NCBI GenBank assembly: GCA_017544805.1
Contig: JAFYDK010000122.1
Coordinates: forward strand, 1,764-65,763
Direction: 5' to 3'
From: Bacteroidales bacterium
Lineage (GTDB): Bacteria; Bacteroidota; Bacteroidia; Bacteroidales; UBA3824
DNA length: 64,000 nucleotides
Position 1 is the first letter of the stretch; each line of letters opens with the position of its first letter. This document shows positions 63,285 to 64,000 of this stretch, piece by piece. Position numbers and translations under genes: made by a program. The notes beneath the pieces are model-generated. The model did not search any database, was not told the DNA's origin, and saw nothing but the letters and a program-made list of their open reading frames with translations.

Positions 63285-64000
63285 ATGATAAAAAGAAAAA
63301 TTGCTGTTGTTGGAGCGGGAGCTGCGGGTTGTTTTTGTGCCGTTAATATTGCTGAACAAAATCCTGATTGTGAGATTTTTATCTACGAATCGGGGTTAAT
63401 GCCCTTACACAAATTGTCTTTGACGGGAGGCGGGCGTTGCAATTTGACGAATACTTTTGAAAGCGTGGAAAGTCTTTCAAAAGTTTATCCGAGAGGTGAT
63501 AAATTTTTGAAAAGTCTTTTTTATGTTTTTGACCATGAAAAAACTATGGAATGGTTTGAAAATCATGGAGTTGAGCTTTATTCACAAGACGATGCAAGGG
63601 TATTCCCGAAGTCAAACAAGGCGATGGAAATCGTTGAAAATTTGCTTGGAAAACTTCGTAAGTACGGCGTTTGGATTTTCACGGGGAAAAAAGTTTCTGA
63701 AATTCTTAAAGACGAAGGCGGAAAATTCTCTTTGCTGTTTTCTAGCGGTGAAGAAACTTTAGAGAGTTTTGATTCTCTGATTGTTACTGTTGGCGGAATG
63801 AGCCGTTCGCCACTTATGGAGTCTTTAAAAAAATTGGGTGTTGAAATTATAGATCCCGTGCCTTCGCTGTTTAGTTTTAAGGTTAAAAGCAACGTTTTGA
63901 CATCGCTCATGGGCGCAAGCGTGGAAAATGCTTCGGTTATGATAGCGGGTCAGAAATTCCGTGCTGAAGGCGGTTTGTTGATAACGCATTTTGGTTTTTC
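63285..64000 (+). CDS. HI0933/YhiN-like NAD(P)/FAD-dependent flavoprotein (3' end outside the window)
   Basis: MIKRKIAVVGAGAAGCFCAV...SLTGGGRCNLTN... is the characteristic N-terminus. The frame is open to the window edge, and this ORF is not listed in the ORF track. Confidence 0.85.
   Translation, partial: MIKRKIAVVGAGAAGCFCAVNIAEQNPDCEIFIYESGLMPLHKLSLTGGGRCNLTNTFESVESLSKVYPRGDKFLKSLFYVFDHEKTMEWFENHGVELYSQDDARVFPKSNKAMEIVENLLGKLRKYGVWIFTGKKVSEILKDEGGKFSLLFSSGEETLESFDSLIVTVGGMSRSPLMESLKKLGVEIIDPVPSLFSFKVKSNVLTSLMGASVENASVMIAGQKFRAEGGLLITHFGF

Noticed and set aside
1-64000. CRISPR arrays, tRNA/rRNA genes, integrases, phage or conjugation modules, toxin-antitoxin or restriction-modification/defence cassettes
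   Set aside because: I scanned both strands by eye. I found no regularly spaced direct repeats, no tRNA T-arm (GGTTCGAATCC-like) consensus, and no recognisable proteins of these classes. The only mobile-element-like genes are the two Rpn-type paralogs.

Overview
AT-rich chromosomal segment with the hallmarks of Bacteroidota, probably Bacteroidales. Evidence for this: TAnnTTTG -7 promoter boxes in front of many genes, a 286-aa primary sigma factor, T9SS C-terminal sorting domains, and Rpn/PD-(D/E)XK transposase-like paralogs. Most of the window is housekeeping. It carries a split SUF Fe-S system (sufCD at 1.4-3.1 kb on the minus strand; sufB-sufS, then sufE and a DUF59 gene at 37.5-41.3 kb on the plus strand), typA, parC, a four-subunit 2-oxoacid:ferredoxin oxidoreductase, maeB, rlmH, rodA-mrdA, aroA plus an aroE-aroK fusion, rpoD and miaA. 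It also has three sensor kinases with no cognate DNA-binding response regulator in view. A dispersed starch/maltose gene set (GH65 phosphorylase and three GH13 enzymes, one T9SS-targeted) shares an identical 14-bp LacI-type palindrome. The items most worth follow-up are: (1) an orphan SiaB-like (internally duplicated) plus SiaC-like (DUF1987) phospho-switch module just downstream of rpoD, with no phosphatase or diguanylate cyclase partner in the window; (2) a promoter-to-terminator unit of about 240 nt that folds into a roughly 60-bp rod-like hairpin (candidate ncRNA or leader) between an Rpn-like gene and an XRE gene; (3) a roughly 180-bp nested palindrome with a perfect 28-bp core that fills one convergent intergenic gap; (4) a radical SAM/SPASM - TM2 - small lipoprotein cassette; (5) signs of gene decay (PKD remnant, T9SS-CTD remnant, a lipoprotein gene broken by one in-frame TAG) and a GC-rich, probably foreign, gene fragment at the left edge. 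I recognised no rRNA, tRNA, CRISPR array or prophage. All functional calls rest on motif-level recognition of the translated ORFs. No database search was possible.
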